Part shown: piece after piece, positions 31,952 to 42,774 of the stretch | How positions within the stretch are numbered: the first letter of the stretch is position 1 | Layout: each line of letters opens with the position of its first letter | The notes under the pieces: generated by a model | The model's database searches: none | Told to the model about the DNA's origin: nothing | What the model saw: only the letters and a program-made list of their open reading frames with translations | Position numbers and translations under genes: made by a program | NCBI GenBank assembly: GCA_963802945.1 | Contig: CAWDKY010000017.1 | Coordinates: 447,896 to 511,895, forward strand | DNA: 64,000 nucleotides | From: an uncultured delta proteobacterium | GTDB lineage: Bacteria; Desulfobacterota; RBG-13-43-22 | Direction: 5' to 3'

Positions 31952-33169
31952 TTATGATCTCGTATGATCCAGATCATCTTTCTCTTTATGGTACATCTTA
32001 AATAACTCGCTGGTGATAATCATTTTTTGGATATTGGATGTTCCCTCCAGATATTCCATGCCTCTGGCGTCAGCTCCTAATTGATTGATCAAGTCGTTCC
32101 GGAGATATCCCCTTCCGCCCATCAAGATCTGGGCTCGAGCCGCCACGTCCATGACCATCCGGGAGGCAAACAGTTTGGCCTGTGAAGAACATAGCCGGTA
32201 AGGAGGCTGGCCGAATTGTTCCAATGCCTGTAAACATAGGCCTCGAGCTGCATTTATTTCCGAATACATAGTTGCAATTTGAAAGCTGATGTCCTGACTG
32301 CTGGTCAAGGGATGGTCAAATTGCTTTCTTTGAAGGGCATAGTGATAAATTTCACGAAAAATCCGATAAGCCAGTCCACAACAGATACCGGCGATATGAA
32401 TTCTCCCCTGATCGATGACCCCAAGGGTTAGAAAAAGCCCCCCCTCTTCCTCTCCGACCATGTTTTTCAAAGGAACGGGCGCGTCTTTAAAAATAAGACG
32501 TCCTATAGGTAAGACTTTTAACCCATCTTTTTCGGGCAATCCTTCTATCGAGAAACCCGGAGTTTGACTTTCAACAATAAATAAACTTAAGGAGCGGGGT
32601 CCTTTGATCCCCTTGGTGTTGACCAGAACGGTATATATCTCGGCCAATCCGCTGTTGGAAATAAAAATTTTCTGGCCGTTCAGCAGGTAAAGATGATCTG
32701 CTTTCCTGGCCATAAGCCCAATGGCACTGGCATCAGAACCGGCCTTTTCTTCCGTCATGGCGATAGCCCCTAAATGTCCCTCGGCCATCCTGGGAAGATA
32801 TTCTTCCTTTTGAGATTGATTCCCCCGGCAGACGATATCAACGGCTCGTCCGTGGGAAACAAAGATGATACCTATACCCGGAGAGGCGTAACCCAAAAGT
32901 TCCATCAAATAGTAAGTATCCAACTCAGAGGTTTTTTGCCCTCCATACTCAAGGGGAATAAATTGTTTAAAAATATTCGCCTCTTTCAAGGCGGAAATCA
33001 ACTGATCCCACTCCTTCGGAAAGACGGCTTTGTGGTTTTCTATTTTTGATTCAAGCAAAGGATAGCTGGGGATGACCTTTTCCCTGAGAATGGCGATAAA
33101 GTCTTTAACATATTTCTTTTCTTTCCAACCTGCCTGAGATGAATCAAGAATGTTTAAGAGGGTATCCAT
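31952..33169 (-). CDS. Acyl-CoA dehydrogenase
   Basis: AMTEEKAGSD, LNGQKIFISN, RKQF, QILMGGRGY, EGTSNIQ. Confidence 0.92.
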   Translation of the reverse strand: MDTLLNILDSSQAGWKEKKYVKDFIAILREKVIPSYPLLESKIENHKAVFPKEWDQLISALKEANIFKQFIPLEYGGQKTSELDTYYLMELLGYASPGIGIIFVSHGRAVDIVCRGNQSQKEEYLPRMAEGHLGAIAMTEEKAGSDASAIGLMARKADHLYLLNGQKIFISNSGLAEIYTVLVNTKGIKGPRSLSLFIVESQTPGFSIEGLPEKDGLKVLPIGRLIFKDAPVPLKNMVGEEEGGLFLTLGVIDQGRIHIAGICCGLAYRIFREIYHYALQRKQFDHPLTSSQDISFQIATMYSEINAARGLCLQALEQFGQPPYRLCSSQAKLFASRMVMDVAARAQILMGGRGYLRNDLINQLGADARGMEYLEGTSNIQKMIITSELFKMYHKEKDDLDHTRS

Positions 33170-33517
33170 AATGTCAACCTCCCTTACTAGATGGGTATTA
33201 CTATTAGGTTGTGTTAGTGATAAAAAAAACTGCCTTATTAAAGAAACCGCCTAAGAATAACTTTTTTGATGAATGAATATAAAATACAGGGCCAATAAGG
33301 GTCAAGAAGAAAAAAGGCTTCCCCTTTTGGGGGATCTCTGTTCTGAGGCTACCCATTAAAAATGTTCGACTTTGAGGTCTTTATTGACTAAGCTGATAAA
33401 TTTCGTTATGATCCAACACGAATAGCAACCAACCAAAGATATCGCTTTCCTGTCGCCATAACCTGTGGTGCAGGATACTGTATAATCCATAACTATGACT
33501 CAGGGAAGGGGGGTTTC

Positions 33518-34885
33518 ATGGGAAAAAAAATCCTCATCGTGGATGACGAAGAGAGAATTATTAAATCCATCACCGGGGTTCTTGAAGATGAAGGGTTTGA
33601 CGTCATCCCAGCCAAAAACGGTGAGGAGGCTATCGATCTTTTCAGACAAGAACTCCCTCTGGTAACGCTCCTCGATATCTGGATGCCGGGGATGGACGGG
33701 ATCGAGGTACTGAAGCGGATGAAATGGATTGCCCCGGATTGCCGGGTGGTTATGATCTCCGGCCATGCTACGATATCCACGGCCATGGCTGCTGTAAAAC
33801 TTGGTGCCTTTGATTTTATTGAAAAACCCCTGTCCATAGACGTTCTTCTTAAAACGGTTTTCAGGGCCATCAGTTACCAGGAAGATCTTCTCTCGATCCA
33901 AAAGTCCGTGGAAATCGGCACCCAGGAAAATCCCCTCACAGAAAGATTAAAATCTTTCGAAAACTCCTATGAAGACATCGACGGACTTCCCCTCTCCTCT
34001 ATTCAGGAATCCGCCTTTTTAATAAAAAAAACAACCAAGGGAAAAGAAGGTTTTTTCCCTCTTCAGCGAACCCTTGCAAAAAGTAAGGTCCTTTACGGAA
34101 CTGGACTCCATTCCGGCATGAAAACCGGTTTGCTGTTACAGCCCCTTCCCCCAAACCGGGGGATTCTCTTTGGAAACGTTTCTTCCGACGATGTTGTTCC
34201 CTTGCACGTCGACTATGTTCATACAACGGAAATGGCCACTTCACTGAAAAAAGGGATGGCCGTCGCCAAAACCATCGAACACCTCATGGCCGTGTTTCAT
34301 GCCTATCGGATCACGAACCTGATGGTGAAAATGATTCAAGAGGTTCCGGTCATGGACGGGTCGGCCCTGGAGTTCTGTAAGTTGATTGAAGAGGCCGGGG
34401 TGGAGGAACAGGAAGAAAGGGCGGAAGAACTGATTATTGACCGGCGGTTGGAGATAAGCAATGGGGAAAAATCTCTGGTCATTGAGCCGGCCGAGGTGTT
34501 TTCCGTCAGTTATTTCCTGGATTATCCCCCGCCCATTGGGCAGCAGACGTTTGATTTCACTCTGGATAGTCCGGCAGAATTTAAGAAAAATATCGCACCG
34601 GCTCGGACCTTTGGTTTCCTCAAGGACTTGGAGATGTTAGACCGCTTGGGTTTGGGAGAAGGAGGCTGGATCAAAAATGTCATCATGGTCGATGATGAAA
34701 AAATTATCAATACCGAACTCCGGTTTCCGGATGAATTTGCCCGTCACAAAATCCTGGATCTGATCGGAGATTTCTATCTGCTCAACCGGCCGATCAAAGG
34801 CAAAGTCACGGCTTGCCGTACCGGTCACACCGACAATATTTGCATGATGAAAAAAATCCTGGAGGAAACGAAAATCAGCCATTGA
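33518..34885 (+). CDS. lpxC: Response-regulator receiver domain fused to UDP-3-O-acyl-GlcNAc deacetylase LpxC
   Basis: REC: IVDDE, LLDIWMPGMDG, ISGH, FIEKP. LpxC: QRTL, GTGLHSG, TIEHLMA, EVPVMDGSA, APARTFGF, DEFARHKILDLIGD, GH. Confidence 0.92.
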   Translation: MGKKILIVDDEERIIKSITGVLEDEGFDVIPAKNGEEAIDLFRQELPLVTLLDIWMPGMDGIEVLKRMKWIAPDCRVVMISGHATISTAMAAVKLGAFDFIEKPLSIDVLLKTVFRAISYQEDLLSIQKSVEIGTQENPLTERLKSFENSYEDIDGLPLSSIQESAFLIKKTTKGKEGFFPLQRTLAKSKVLYGTGLHSGMKTGLLLQPLPPNRGILFGNVSSDDVVPLHVDYVHTTEMATSLKKGMAVAKTIEHLMAVFHAYRITNLMVKMIQEVPVMDGSALEFCKLIEEAGVEEQEERAEELIIDRRLEISNGEKSLVIEPAEVFSVSYFLDYPPPIGQQTFDFTLDSPAEFKKNIAPARTFGFLKDLEMLDRLGLGEGGWIKNVIMVDDEKIINTELRFPDEFARHKILDLIGDFYLLNRPIKGKVTACRTGHTDNICMMKKILEETKISH

Positions 34886-34929
34886 TTCTAAAATGACCTT
34901 TTTCGGTCTCGGTTTACGGCTTATAGTTT

Positions 34930-36453
34930 TCAGCTCCTTTTTTCAATGGCCACAATAAGGTTTCTGAAAATAAAATGATGAAAAGGCAGAAAAATATACC
35001 AATAGAATTTCCCGAATAGGGTATACGTGTCATAATAAGTGACTACCGACAATCTTCTTTGTGCCCCTTCATCTCGAATTTGAAATTCAAGCCAGGCTTT
35101 CCCCGGCAATTTCATCTCGGCCCGCAAAAGAAGTCTTTCGTCCTGTATAAGATCTTCAACCCGCCAGAAGTCAACCACATCATTGATCTCCAAAGAAAAA
35201 GGACTTTTTCTCCCTCGAATCGAACCTACCCCAAGTAAGATTCGATCCAGCATGCCTCGGATTCTCCAGATCCAATTACTGTGAAACCAACCCTCTTTGC
35301 CTCCGATGCTGCAGATCGACTGAAAAAGGGCAGCAGATCCTTTTTCGGTGAGTAGAGAATATCGGGCTATATAGGCCGTCGCTTGCCCGCGAAGCTCGTG
35401 AAGTTCGTGCAGCTTTAGGGCCAGGACATGGGCCGGAGGATAGGAATCGGACCAGCGGGTATGCACCCGATCCTGTTCCTCTCGTGACATGGCTCTTATA
35501 ATGGCCTCTCGATATGAAATCGGTTCAAAAGGAATCAATCTTCTAATCGAATCATCCTGAACGATGACTTCGTTTCTTAAGCTTTCCATCAGACATTTGG
35601 TTATCGTATTGGGAACAGGAGTGAGCAAGCTGACCAAGTAGGTATAAAATCGTAAATAGGAAAAAAAGGTCGGGATGAAAATAGTTTTGAAATGAAGAAT
35701 CCTGGCAAGAATTTTAAGCATCCGTTCATAGGTCAGAATGTCCGGACCACCGATATCGAAATCTCTACCGGAAGTTGCCGGCACTTCTAAACAACCGACC
35801 AGATATTTGATGACATCGCGGATACCGATGGGCTGGCAGCGATTTTTTGCCCAACGAGGGACAAAAATAATGGGTAATTTTTTAACCAGGTGTTGAATGA
35901 TCTCGTAAGAAGCGCTGCCCGAACCTATAATAATGGCTGCCCTCAGGACGGTTAAAGGCGTTTTCCCTTTTCGTAATTCTTCGGCAACAGCCATTCGGCC
36001 GCGAAGATGGGGGGAAAGGGGATTCCGGATGTCTCCAAGACCCCCCAGGTAAATGATTCTTTTAAGCCCTTTTTCCTCGGCAACTGTTCTAAAGGCAGAA
36101 GCTGCCTGAATATCGGCCAATTGAAACTCCCTGGGACCAAGACGCAGGGAATGAATCAAGTAGTAAGCCGTATCAATACCTTCAAAGGCCTGTCGGAGCT
36201 GATCGAGATTCGTTGCATCGGCAATGACTATTTCGGCCTTCGGCCAAAGACTCTGATTCGAGGCCGGAGCACCCCGGACCATCACTCTGACCAGATATCC
36301 CCTGGCCAATAATTCAGAAACCAAACGGCCTCCTATGTAGCCTGAGGCCCCGCTGACCAATATTTTGCCTGTTTCCGGTAAAGGCTTGGTGGGTAAATCA
36401 AAACAAAAAAATTCTTGACTGTCCTGGACAGGTAATTCTAGATAAGGTACCAT
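34930..36453 (-). CDS. NAD(P)-binding oxidoreductase with DUF2867 C-terminus (YbjT-like)
   Basis: GASGYIG, YYLIHS, IGSGSASYE, DFWRVE, AEMKLPGKAWLEF, PFHHFIF. Confidence 0.9.
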   Translation of the reverse strand: MVPYLELPVQDSQEFFCFDLPTKPLPETGKILVSGASGYIGGRLVSELLARGYLVRVMVRGAPASNQSLWPKAEIVIADATNLDQLRQAFEGIDTAYYLIHSLRLGPREFQLADIQAASAFRTVAEEKGLKRIIYLGGLGDIRNPLSPHLRGRMAVAEELRKGKTPLTVLRAAIIIGSGSASYEIIQHLVKKLPIIFVPRWAKNRCQPIGIRDVIKYLVGCLEVPATSGRDFDIGGPDILTYERMLKILARILHFKTIFIPTFFSYLRFYTYLVSLLTPVPNTITKCLMESLRNEVIVQDDSIRRLIPFEPISYREAIIRAMSREEQDRVHTRWSDSYPPAHVLALKLHELHELRGQATAYIARYSLLTEKGSAALFQSICSIGGKEGWFHSNWIWRIRGMLDRILLGVGSIRGRKSPFSLEINDVVDFWRVEDLIQDERLLLRAEMKLPGKAWLEFQIRDEGAQRRLSVVTYYDTYTLFGKFYWYIFLPFHHFIFRNLIVAIEKRS

Positions 36454-36492
36454 GACTTATCTTTGCTATGACAAACCTTGGAGGTTTTTTAA

Positions 36493-36711
36493 ATGGCCAC
36501 ATACGACGCCAGGCGTGAAAGATGTCCGAACGTCGAAGAAAACAAAAAACGTTGCAATTGTAGTTATGATCCTTGTGAACGAAAAGGATTATGTTGTCAA
36601 TGTATCCATTATCATCGCGCCAACGGTGAACTGCCGGCCTGTTATTTTTCGAAGGCCGTGGAGAAGACCTATGATCGGTCCATCAGCCGGTTTATTCAAA
36701 GCCGTAAGTAG
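36493..36711 (+). CDS. Small Cys-rich protein (DUF6485-like)
   Basis: [39 protein letters not shown]....EKTYDRS. Confidence 0.8.
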   Translation: MATYDARRERCPNVEENKKRCNCSYDPCERKGLCCQCIHYHRANGELPACYFSKAVEKTYDRSISRFIQSRK

Positions 36712-36754
36712 TTCGGAGCCTGCCCCTGCAAGATCGCAGGCGCAGGCTCCGAAC
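36711..36754. terminator. Hairpin between convergent genes
   Basis: GTTCGGAGCCTGC ... GCAGGCTCCGAAC followed by TTTATTTTT. Confidence 0.7.
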
Positions 36755-36767
36755 TTTATTTTTCGTA

Positions 36768-37655
36768 TTAATCCGTCAGTATTCTTAAGGCCTCTTCATA
36801 CTTGGCCTTGGTTTTTTGGATAACTTCGATCGGTAACTCCGGGGCCGGTGGTTTTTTGTCCCATTGAAGGGATTCGAGGTAATCCCGTAAGAATTGTTTG
36901 TCAAAGCTATTTTGAGGCCCCCCGGGTTTATACTGATCTTTGGGCCAAAACCGGGAAGAATCCGGGGTCAGAACCTCATCGATTAGAATAACCTGGTTAT
37001 TAAAATTCCCGAATTCAAATTTGGTGTCGGCAATGATGATACCTTTTTGTTCCCCTAAAAGCCTGGCTTTTTCATAAATGGCCAGGCTGGTTTGGGCTAA
37101 AAAATCGGCCAAATCATCTCCTAACCGTTTTCGTACTTCTTGCATGGTTACATTTTCATCATGGGTACCAATTTCAGCTTTGGTGGAAGGAGTGAAGATA
37201 GCTGTTTTTAATCGGTCCGATTCCTGTAACTTCGCTGGTAGCGTAATGCCACAAATCTGTCCTGTGCTTTGATACTCCTTCCAGCCTGAACCGGAAAGAT
37301 AGCCTCGGATAACACATTCTATTGGCAAGGGTTTGGCTTTCTTGACCAGCATGCTCCTATCTTTTAATACGGCTTCATAGGGCCGGCAGATTCGAGGGAA
37401 GTCTTTAACCTCAGAGGAAACCAGATGATGCGGGATAATGGATTCCATGATTTTAAACCAGAATTTTGATATCTGGGTAAGAATAACCCCCTTCTCTGGT
37501 ATGGGATTGGGCATGACCACATCGAAAGCTGAGATCCGGTCCGTGGCCACGATCAAAAGGTGTTCTCCAAGGTCATAGATATCGCGGACCTTTCCGCGGT
37601 TAACCAGTTTTAAGCCGTTAAACTGAGTTTTTAATAATCCATTTTTTGACATCAT
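36768..37655 (-). CDS. purC: SAICAR synthetase
   Basis: [51 protein letters not shown]. Confidence 0.98.
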   Translation of the reverse strand: MMSKNGLLKTQFNGLKLVNRGKVRDIYDLGEHLLIVATDRISAFDVVMPNPIPEKGVILTQISKFWFKIMESIIPHHLVSSEVKDFPRICRPYEAVLKDRSMLVKKAKPLPIECVIRGYLSGSGWKEYQSTGQICGITLPAKLQESDRLKTAIFTPSTKAEIGTHDENVTMQEVRKRLGDDLADFLAQTSLAIYEKARLLGEQKGIIIADTKFEFGNFNNQVILIDEVLTPDSSRFWPKDQYKPGGPQNSFDKQFLRDYLESLQWDKKPPAPELPIEVIQKTKAKYEEALRILTD

Positions 37656-37683
37656 TCCTCCCGAATAGCTTTATTTCAAATAT

Positions 37684-38376
37684 CTAAATGACATCTTCTT
37701 GATAAAATTTCCAGATCGTTTTTCCTTGGGCCTCTTCAAGCTCTCTAATCCAAGCCTTGACCCTTTCCCGACCGTAAGCCTTTTCCCAACCGGCCACGAT
37801 GATATCCACCGGAATATCAGCATAGGTTCCAAGAAACTCCATATACTCCATATAAAGATGGTTGTCTAAATTATACGGTTGAAAAACCGAATCTTCCAGG
37901 CCGTTGAATTCCAAGGGGGCGACTTTATGACGTTGGCACAATTCTTTATTAAAGGCCGGCGTAGCTTTGACCCATTTCCCGTTTAAATAAAAATCGGTAT
38001 AGCCATGGTAAACGAACAGGTCAGACCCTTGACGTTCCAACATCTGCTTGGTGGCCAGATGGTTGCGAACCGTGGCAAACCCTACTCGGGATGGAATTCC
38101 CAAACTTCTGCCCAGGGCACATAACAAAGAGGCCTTGCAGACACAATATCCCCGTCCGATTTTCAAAACATTACTGGCCCGATAGTGTTCAGGACGATAA
38201 AAGGGACAATAGGGATCGTAACGAATCCCATCCCTGACGGCATAATAGATTTTTATCGCCTGGTTGAGGGGATCTCGGCTTCTGCCCACAACCTTTTGAG
38301 CGAATTCAACAACGGTTGGATGGTCGCTGTCAATGATGGACGTTGGTTTAAGATAAGCTTGGTCTATAAGCTCCAT
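37684..38376 (-). CDS. Transglutaminase-like protein
   Basis: VRDGIRYDPY, GYCVCKA (catalytic Cys), HGY, WVKATPAF. Confidence 0.88.
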   Translation of the reverse strand: MELIDQAYLKPTSIIDSDHPTVVEFAQKVVGRSRDPLNQAIKIYYAVRDGIRYDPYCPFYRPEHYRASNVLKIGRGYCVCKASLLCALGRSLGIPSRVGFATVRNHLATKQMLERQGSDLFVYHGYTDFYLNGKWVKATPAFNKELCQRHKVAPLEFNGLEDSVFQPYNLDNHLYMEYMEFLGTYADIPVDIIVAGWEKAYGRERVKAWIRELEEAQGKTIWKFYQEDVI

Positions 38377-38380
38377 ATTT

Positions 38381-38722
38381 CTAAATCCGCCCGAAGTCAT
38401 CCTCGAGCCGTTCGATATCGTCCTCCCCAAAATAATCCCCGGACTGAACTTCGATGAAAATTAAATTATTCGAACCGATATTTTCGATCCGGTGTGCAGT
38501 CCCTTGGGGAATATCCACAGCCTCGCCTCTTTTTAGCTGGATTTTATCCTGATTTCTGGTTACCAAGGCCTGTCCGGAGAGTATATACCAGTGTTCTTCT
38601 CTGAGCCGGTGTTTTTGGAGACTCAAGCGTTTTCCAGGATAGACAATAATCCGTTTGACTTTATGATCGGTTTCATCGGCCAGTACTGAATAATATCCCC
38701 AGGGGCGGTGATCTTCTTCCAT
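38381..38722 (-). CDS. Cupin, mannose-6-phosphate isomerase type II C-terminal domain
   Basis: RPWG, LSLQKH..REEHW, HRIEN, IEVQSGDYFGEDDIER. Confidence 0.9.
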   Translation of the reverse strand: MEEDHRPWGYYSVLADETDHKVKRIIVYPGKRLSLQKHRLREEHWYILSGQALVTRNQDKIQLKRGEAVDIPQGTAHRIENIGSNNLIFIEVQSGDYFGEDDIERLEDDFGRI

Positions 38723-38779
38723 AGTTAATCCTCCTGATTCTTTTATACCAAAATCAGCGCCTCTACCATAGTTTTTTCT

Positions 38780-39795
38780 TCACAGCCGGTTAGGTTTTCC
38801 CGAAGGCCAGTAGGCTTCTTGAAAAACTCGGCTTGGTTCCAAACTGTATTTGGGGGAAACATGAAAGGGGATCATCTGCTTCACCCCGGCCCGGCCGGCA
38901 AGGGTCCCCGCCTGCCTGGCCGTCAGATGGTATTTCTCCTTTGCCCGGTTGCTGTCTTCCTCCAGAAAGGCTGTTTCGATGAAGAGATGATCAGCACCGG
39001 ATACCAGATTCTTTATGGCTTCTTGAGTATCTTGGTTAAAAATAGTATCCACCACATAGCCAATTTTTTGACCGGGCGTGATCTTAAGGATACGGTTTTG
39101 TAAGGTTCCCAGGGAGAATACCTGTTCCTTCAACTTCCCATTTATGTATCCGAAGGTCCGAATAGGAAAGCTTTCGTTTTCCCCTCTCCAGACGGCTTCT
39201 TTGAGTTCCCGCAACCAGGGTCCTTTGATCAGGCCCATTTTATCCAGTTCGGTCTTCATGATATTAAGATGAAATTTTTCTTCCAAGGCAAAGGCCAAGC
39301 AGGGAATTTTATGGTCTAAAAAAACAGATCGGACTAAAAAAGCTATTTCTTCATGAAGAACCCCATTAAAAGATTTGACCTCCTGATCTGGTTCTATTTT
39401 GAAACCCGTGGAAGACCTTAATCGGGCTGTTTTTATTCGATCGGGAAGGACTTCATGAACTATCAGATCCAGAGAATCGGAATAGTTTTCGACCAGATTC
39501 CAGGTATAGGCCGAATTTTATTCTTTACCTGATCCAAAAAATTAGGCGGACCATACAAATTGACCACTTTGGGTCGGCCCAAACAGATCCGGAGGAGATG
39601 ATCAAACCCGATGAAATGATCCATATGGGTATGGGAGATAAAGACATGGGAAATCTTTAAAATTTTACGCGGCGTCAAGGAGCGGATTTCCCCGAGATCG
39701 AACAGGATGGCCCGTTGGGCAAATTTCATATCAATGTAAAGGGCCGGATCTCCTAGGGGGCCGTTAACCAATTGGGGATGGAATACAGGGTTCAT
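38780..39795 (-). pseudogene. Ribonuclease Z-like MBL hydrolase split by a frameshift near 39510
   Basis: LVNGPLGDPALY, SHTHMDHFIG, then (second frame) AYTWNLV...LDH.IPCLAF...HLTARQAG, FHVSPKY. Confidence 0.85.
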
Positions 39796-40001
39796 AGAAT
39801 TCACTATAAGCCATCTCTTGTTTTTTTTCCACTCTGAGAGCGGATAAATTTAATTTCATAAAGTTGGCTCGCTAATCCACCCAGCAAGCTTAAGGGGCAT
39901 TTTGTTCACTGTTCACGTCCCAAGAGCCATATTTCCGGTTGCAATAGAAGGGTTGAATGGGCTATAAAGGAAATTAACTACCCTTTAAAAAAAGTGAAGC
40001 T

Positions 40002-41084
40002 ATGAGCCGGCCCTATTTTAAAAGAAATGAGGATTCCTCAACGCCTTTTTCCAATTACGTTTTCATGGCCTTTCTTCTCGGGGTCCTGTACCTGTTCTAT
40101 CTGATTATCCGTCCTTTCCTGACAGACCTCTTTGTGGCCACAGTGATAGCCATGATCTTCTACCCACTCTACAAAAAAATTCTTAAGCTTTTTAAAGGCT
40201 GGAAAATTCTTTCGGCTTTATTGACTATATTTATTACGATACTGGCCTTTCTTATCCCCATTTCCTTATTATCCGGTGTTATCACCAGTCAATCTCTGGA
40301 TTTATATGAAAAAATATCCAAGGGTCTCCAGGACGGATCCATTAAAAAAGCAATCGATCTGAGATTGGTCTATTTCAACCTTTTTTTTGATCGTTGGCGG
40401 ATCGATATTCAATCCTTGCGTCTTGAGGAATATGTGGGGAAACTCCTGACCACTTTTTCGGAATTCATCTATACCGAAATGACCGCCCTGGCCAAAGGGG
40501 TGGCCGGAACCCTGTTTGATCTGATTATTGTCTTATTCATCAGCTTTTTCTTGTTGACTGATGGGGAAAAATTTCTACGTGAGATTAAAGTGCTCAGTCC
40601 TCTTGAGGTCACCCATCACGACAGGATCATTCTTCAATTAGAACGAACCATCAAAGCTACCTTAAAAGGATCGGTTATCGTGGCTATCACCCAGGGAATT
40701 CTTGGGGGAATCGGCTTTTGGATTTTTAGTATCCCTTCAGCTGCTTTTTGGGGGGTCTGTATGGTTTTTTGTTCCGTTATCCCTTTGGTGGGAACGAGCA
40801 TCATTTGGGTTCCGGCGGCCCTTTATTTGGCCTTCACCTCTTCTTTCTGGCTGGCCTTGGGTCTGGCCCTTTGGGGAACCCTGATTATTTCCGGTGCCGA
40901 TAATGTCCTTCGGCCCATGCTGCTTAAAGGAGCGGCCAATCTGCACCCCTTGCTCACTTTTCTAAGTGTTCTGGGAGGGCTAATCTATTTTGGTTTTCTT
41001 GGATTTATTCTGGGACCTATCGTCCTTTCTTTCTTGATGACCTTATTCGACATATATAAAAACGAATTTTTAACGGAAGGATAA
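40002..41084 (+). CDS. AI-2E family transporter
   Basis: IPLVGT.IIWVP, DNVLRP, HPLL...GG...FG..GFILGP. Confidence 0.92.
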   Translation: MSRPYFKRNEDSSTPFSNYVFMAFLLGVLYLFYLIIRPFLTDLFVATVIAMIFYPLYKKILKLFKGWKILSALLTIFITILAFLIPISLLSGVITSQSLDLYEKISKGLQDGSIKKAIDLRLVYFNLFFDRWRIDIQSLRLEEYVGKLLTTFSEFIYTEMTALAKGVAGTLFDLIIVLFISFFLLTDGEKFLREIKVLSPLEVTHHDRIILQLERTIKATLKGSVIVAITQGILGGIGFWIFSIPSAAFWGVCMVFCSVIPLVGTSIIWVPAALYLAFTSSFWLALGLALWGTLIISGADNVLRPMLLKGAANLHPLLTFLSVLGGLIYFGFLGFILGPIVLSFLMTLFDIYKNEFLTEG

Positions 41085-41087
41085 ACC

Positions 41088-41918
41088 ATGAAACTAAAAA
41101 TTCCTGTGGGTTTTATCGGCGGCGGCAATATGGCCGAGGCCCTGATCCAGGGCCTGTTGGGTAGTAAAACCATTATCCCGGCCGATTGCTGGGTTTGTGA
41201 TATTATCGAGGAACGTCTGTCCTATTTAAAAAAGAAATACGGGGTCAAAGCCTTCAATGACACCCCCCAAGTTATACGATCTTCAAGGGCGGTTATCTTG
41301 GCGGTCAAACCGCAAAACGTTGAAAAAGCCTTATCCACTTTAGCTCCCATCTGGTCGCCGGAAAAAATCCTTATTTCCATTGCCGCCGGAGTTCCGATGA
41401 GTTATCTGAGCCGTTTCTTTCCCAAGGCCCCAAAGATCGTCCGGGTTATGCCCAATACCCCGGCCCTGGTCTTATCGGGTATCAGCGCCCTGTCAAAAAA
41501 CGACGTGGCCAATGAAAAAGACCTGGCCCTGGCCGAATCCATATTTAAGTCCATTGGGGAAACGGTGCGGGTGGAAGAATCTCAACTTGATGCCGTAACA
41601 GGCCTTTCGGGCAGCGGGCCGGCTTATGTCTTCCATTTCCTGGAAGGATTGACCGAGGCTGGAATCAAAATGGGCCTGGCTCGTTCAGTGGCCTTAAAAT
41701 TGGCTATCCAGACAGTCTGGGGGGCAAGTCAAATGGCCCGTCAAATGGATTGGCCTCTCAGCCAACTCAAAGAAATGGTCACTTCTCCGGGTGGAACCAC
41801 GATTCACGGCCTTCATGTCCTGGAAAAAGCCGGGCTGCACGGTATTTTGATGGATGCCGTTGAGGCGGCCACCAATCGATCAAAGGAACTCGGAGAAACA
41901 CTTAGCCAAAAAAAATAA
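41088..41918 (+). CDS. proC: Pyrroline-5-carboxylate reductase
   Basis: GFIGGGNMA, AVKPQ, RVMPNTP, GLSGSGPAY, VTSPGGTT. Confidence 0.97.
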   Translation: MKLKIPVGFIGGGNMAEALIQGLLGSKTIIPADCWVCDIIEERLSYLKKKYGVKAFNDTPQVIRSSRAVILAVKPQNVEKALSTLAPIWSPEKILISIAAGVPMSYLSRFFPKAPKIVRVMPNTPALVLSGISALSKNDVANEKDLALAESIFKSIGETVRVEESQLDAVTGLSGSGPAYVFHFLEGLTEAGIKMGLARSVALKLAIQTVWGASQMARQMDWPLSQLKEMVTSPGGTTIHGLHVLEKAGLHGILMDAVEAATNRSKELGETLSQKK

Positions 41919-42191
41919 AGAAGTTGTAAAAAATATTTATCCCTCCGAGCGTTACATAAAGTTACCGTCAATTCTCTATAAGCGCTGGTTTTCAAGCCGG
42001 TCCTAGGGCATATTTTTAAGGGGGCCATCTTGACAAAACCTCGGCTCTATGGTCTTCATGTTTTTAACACCTTTTTGTCCTTTCCAAACAATTTTTGTCA
42101 ATTAAACTTGTCTAGTTTAATCCTTCCTTTTTTCATTTCTTTAATTACTTGATATTATTAATTATATTATTCTAATAATTATAATCAATTT

Positions 42192-42207
42192 TGGTATCCA
42201 TCTTGCA
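42192..42207 (+). promoter_or_regulatory. Sigma-54 (-24/-12) promoter of pilA
   Basis: TGGTATCCATCTTGCA = GG-N10-GC in an AT-rich region. TGACAAAA and TTTTGTCA boxes upstream (~42031, ~42093) resemble PilR-type enhancer sites. Confidence 0.75.
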
Positions 42208-42362
42208 TAATTAAAAAGCGACGAGATGATAAAAATGAAAACAGGCTATTCTGAAAAATCATACAAGGAGGTGGTAATCCGAAGACTCAATGGTGAGAGG
42301 GATTATAGTTAAAAAGGTTATTATTTTATATTAAATAATAAAATAAAAAAGGAGAAAAGATC

Positions 42363-42743
42363 ATGATGAAAAAAATTACCGAAAAGAGAAATCAAAAAGG
42401 TTTTACCCTGGTTGAATTGTTAATCGTCATCGCCATCATCGGCATCTTGGCGGCCATCGCTATCCCACAGTTTTCACAATATCGGGTAAGAGCTTATAAT
42501 GCCACTGCCCTATCGGACCTCAAAAATGCCTATACGGCCAGTCAAGCCTATTTTGGAGACAACCCAGCCGGTGTGGTAACCCTGGCGTTACTTCAAACCA
42601 ACGGGTATAACCCCTCAGCGAACGTAACGGTCACCGTCACGGGTGACGGTACACAGACAGGTTTTGGCCTCACCTCTAAACATGCCTCTGGGACCGAAAC
42701 GTATACCATGAATAACCTTGGGCAATTAAGTCAAAATCCGTAA
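42363..42743 (+). CDS. pilA: Type IV major pilin
   Basis: Prepilin site KG|FTLVELLIVIAIIGILAAIAIPQF, 113-aa mature protein, strong RBS. Confidence 0.93.
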   Translation: MMKKITEKRNQKGFTLVELLIVIAIIGILAAIAIPQFSQYRVRAYNATALSDLKNAYTASQAYFGDNPAGVVTLALLQTNGYNPSANVTVTVTGDGTQTGFGLTSKHASGTETYTMNNLGQLSQNP

Positions 42744-42774
42744 TAAAATAATTAATTTCTAAAGGCATTAAAGA

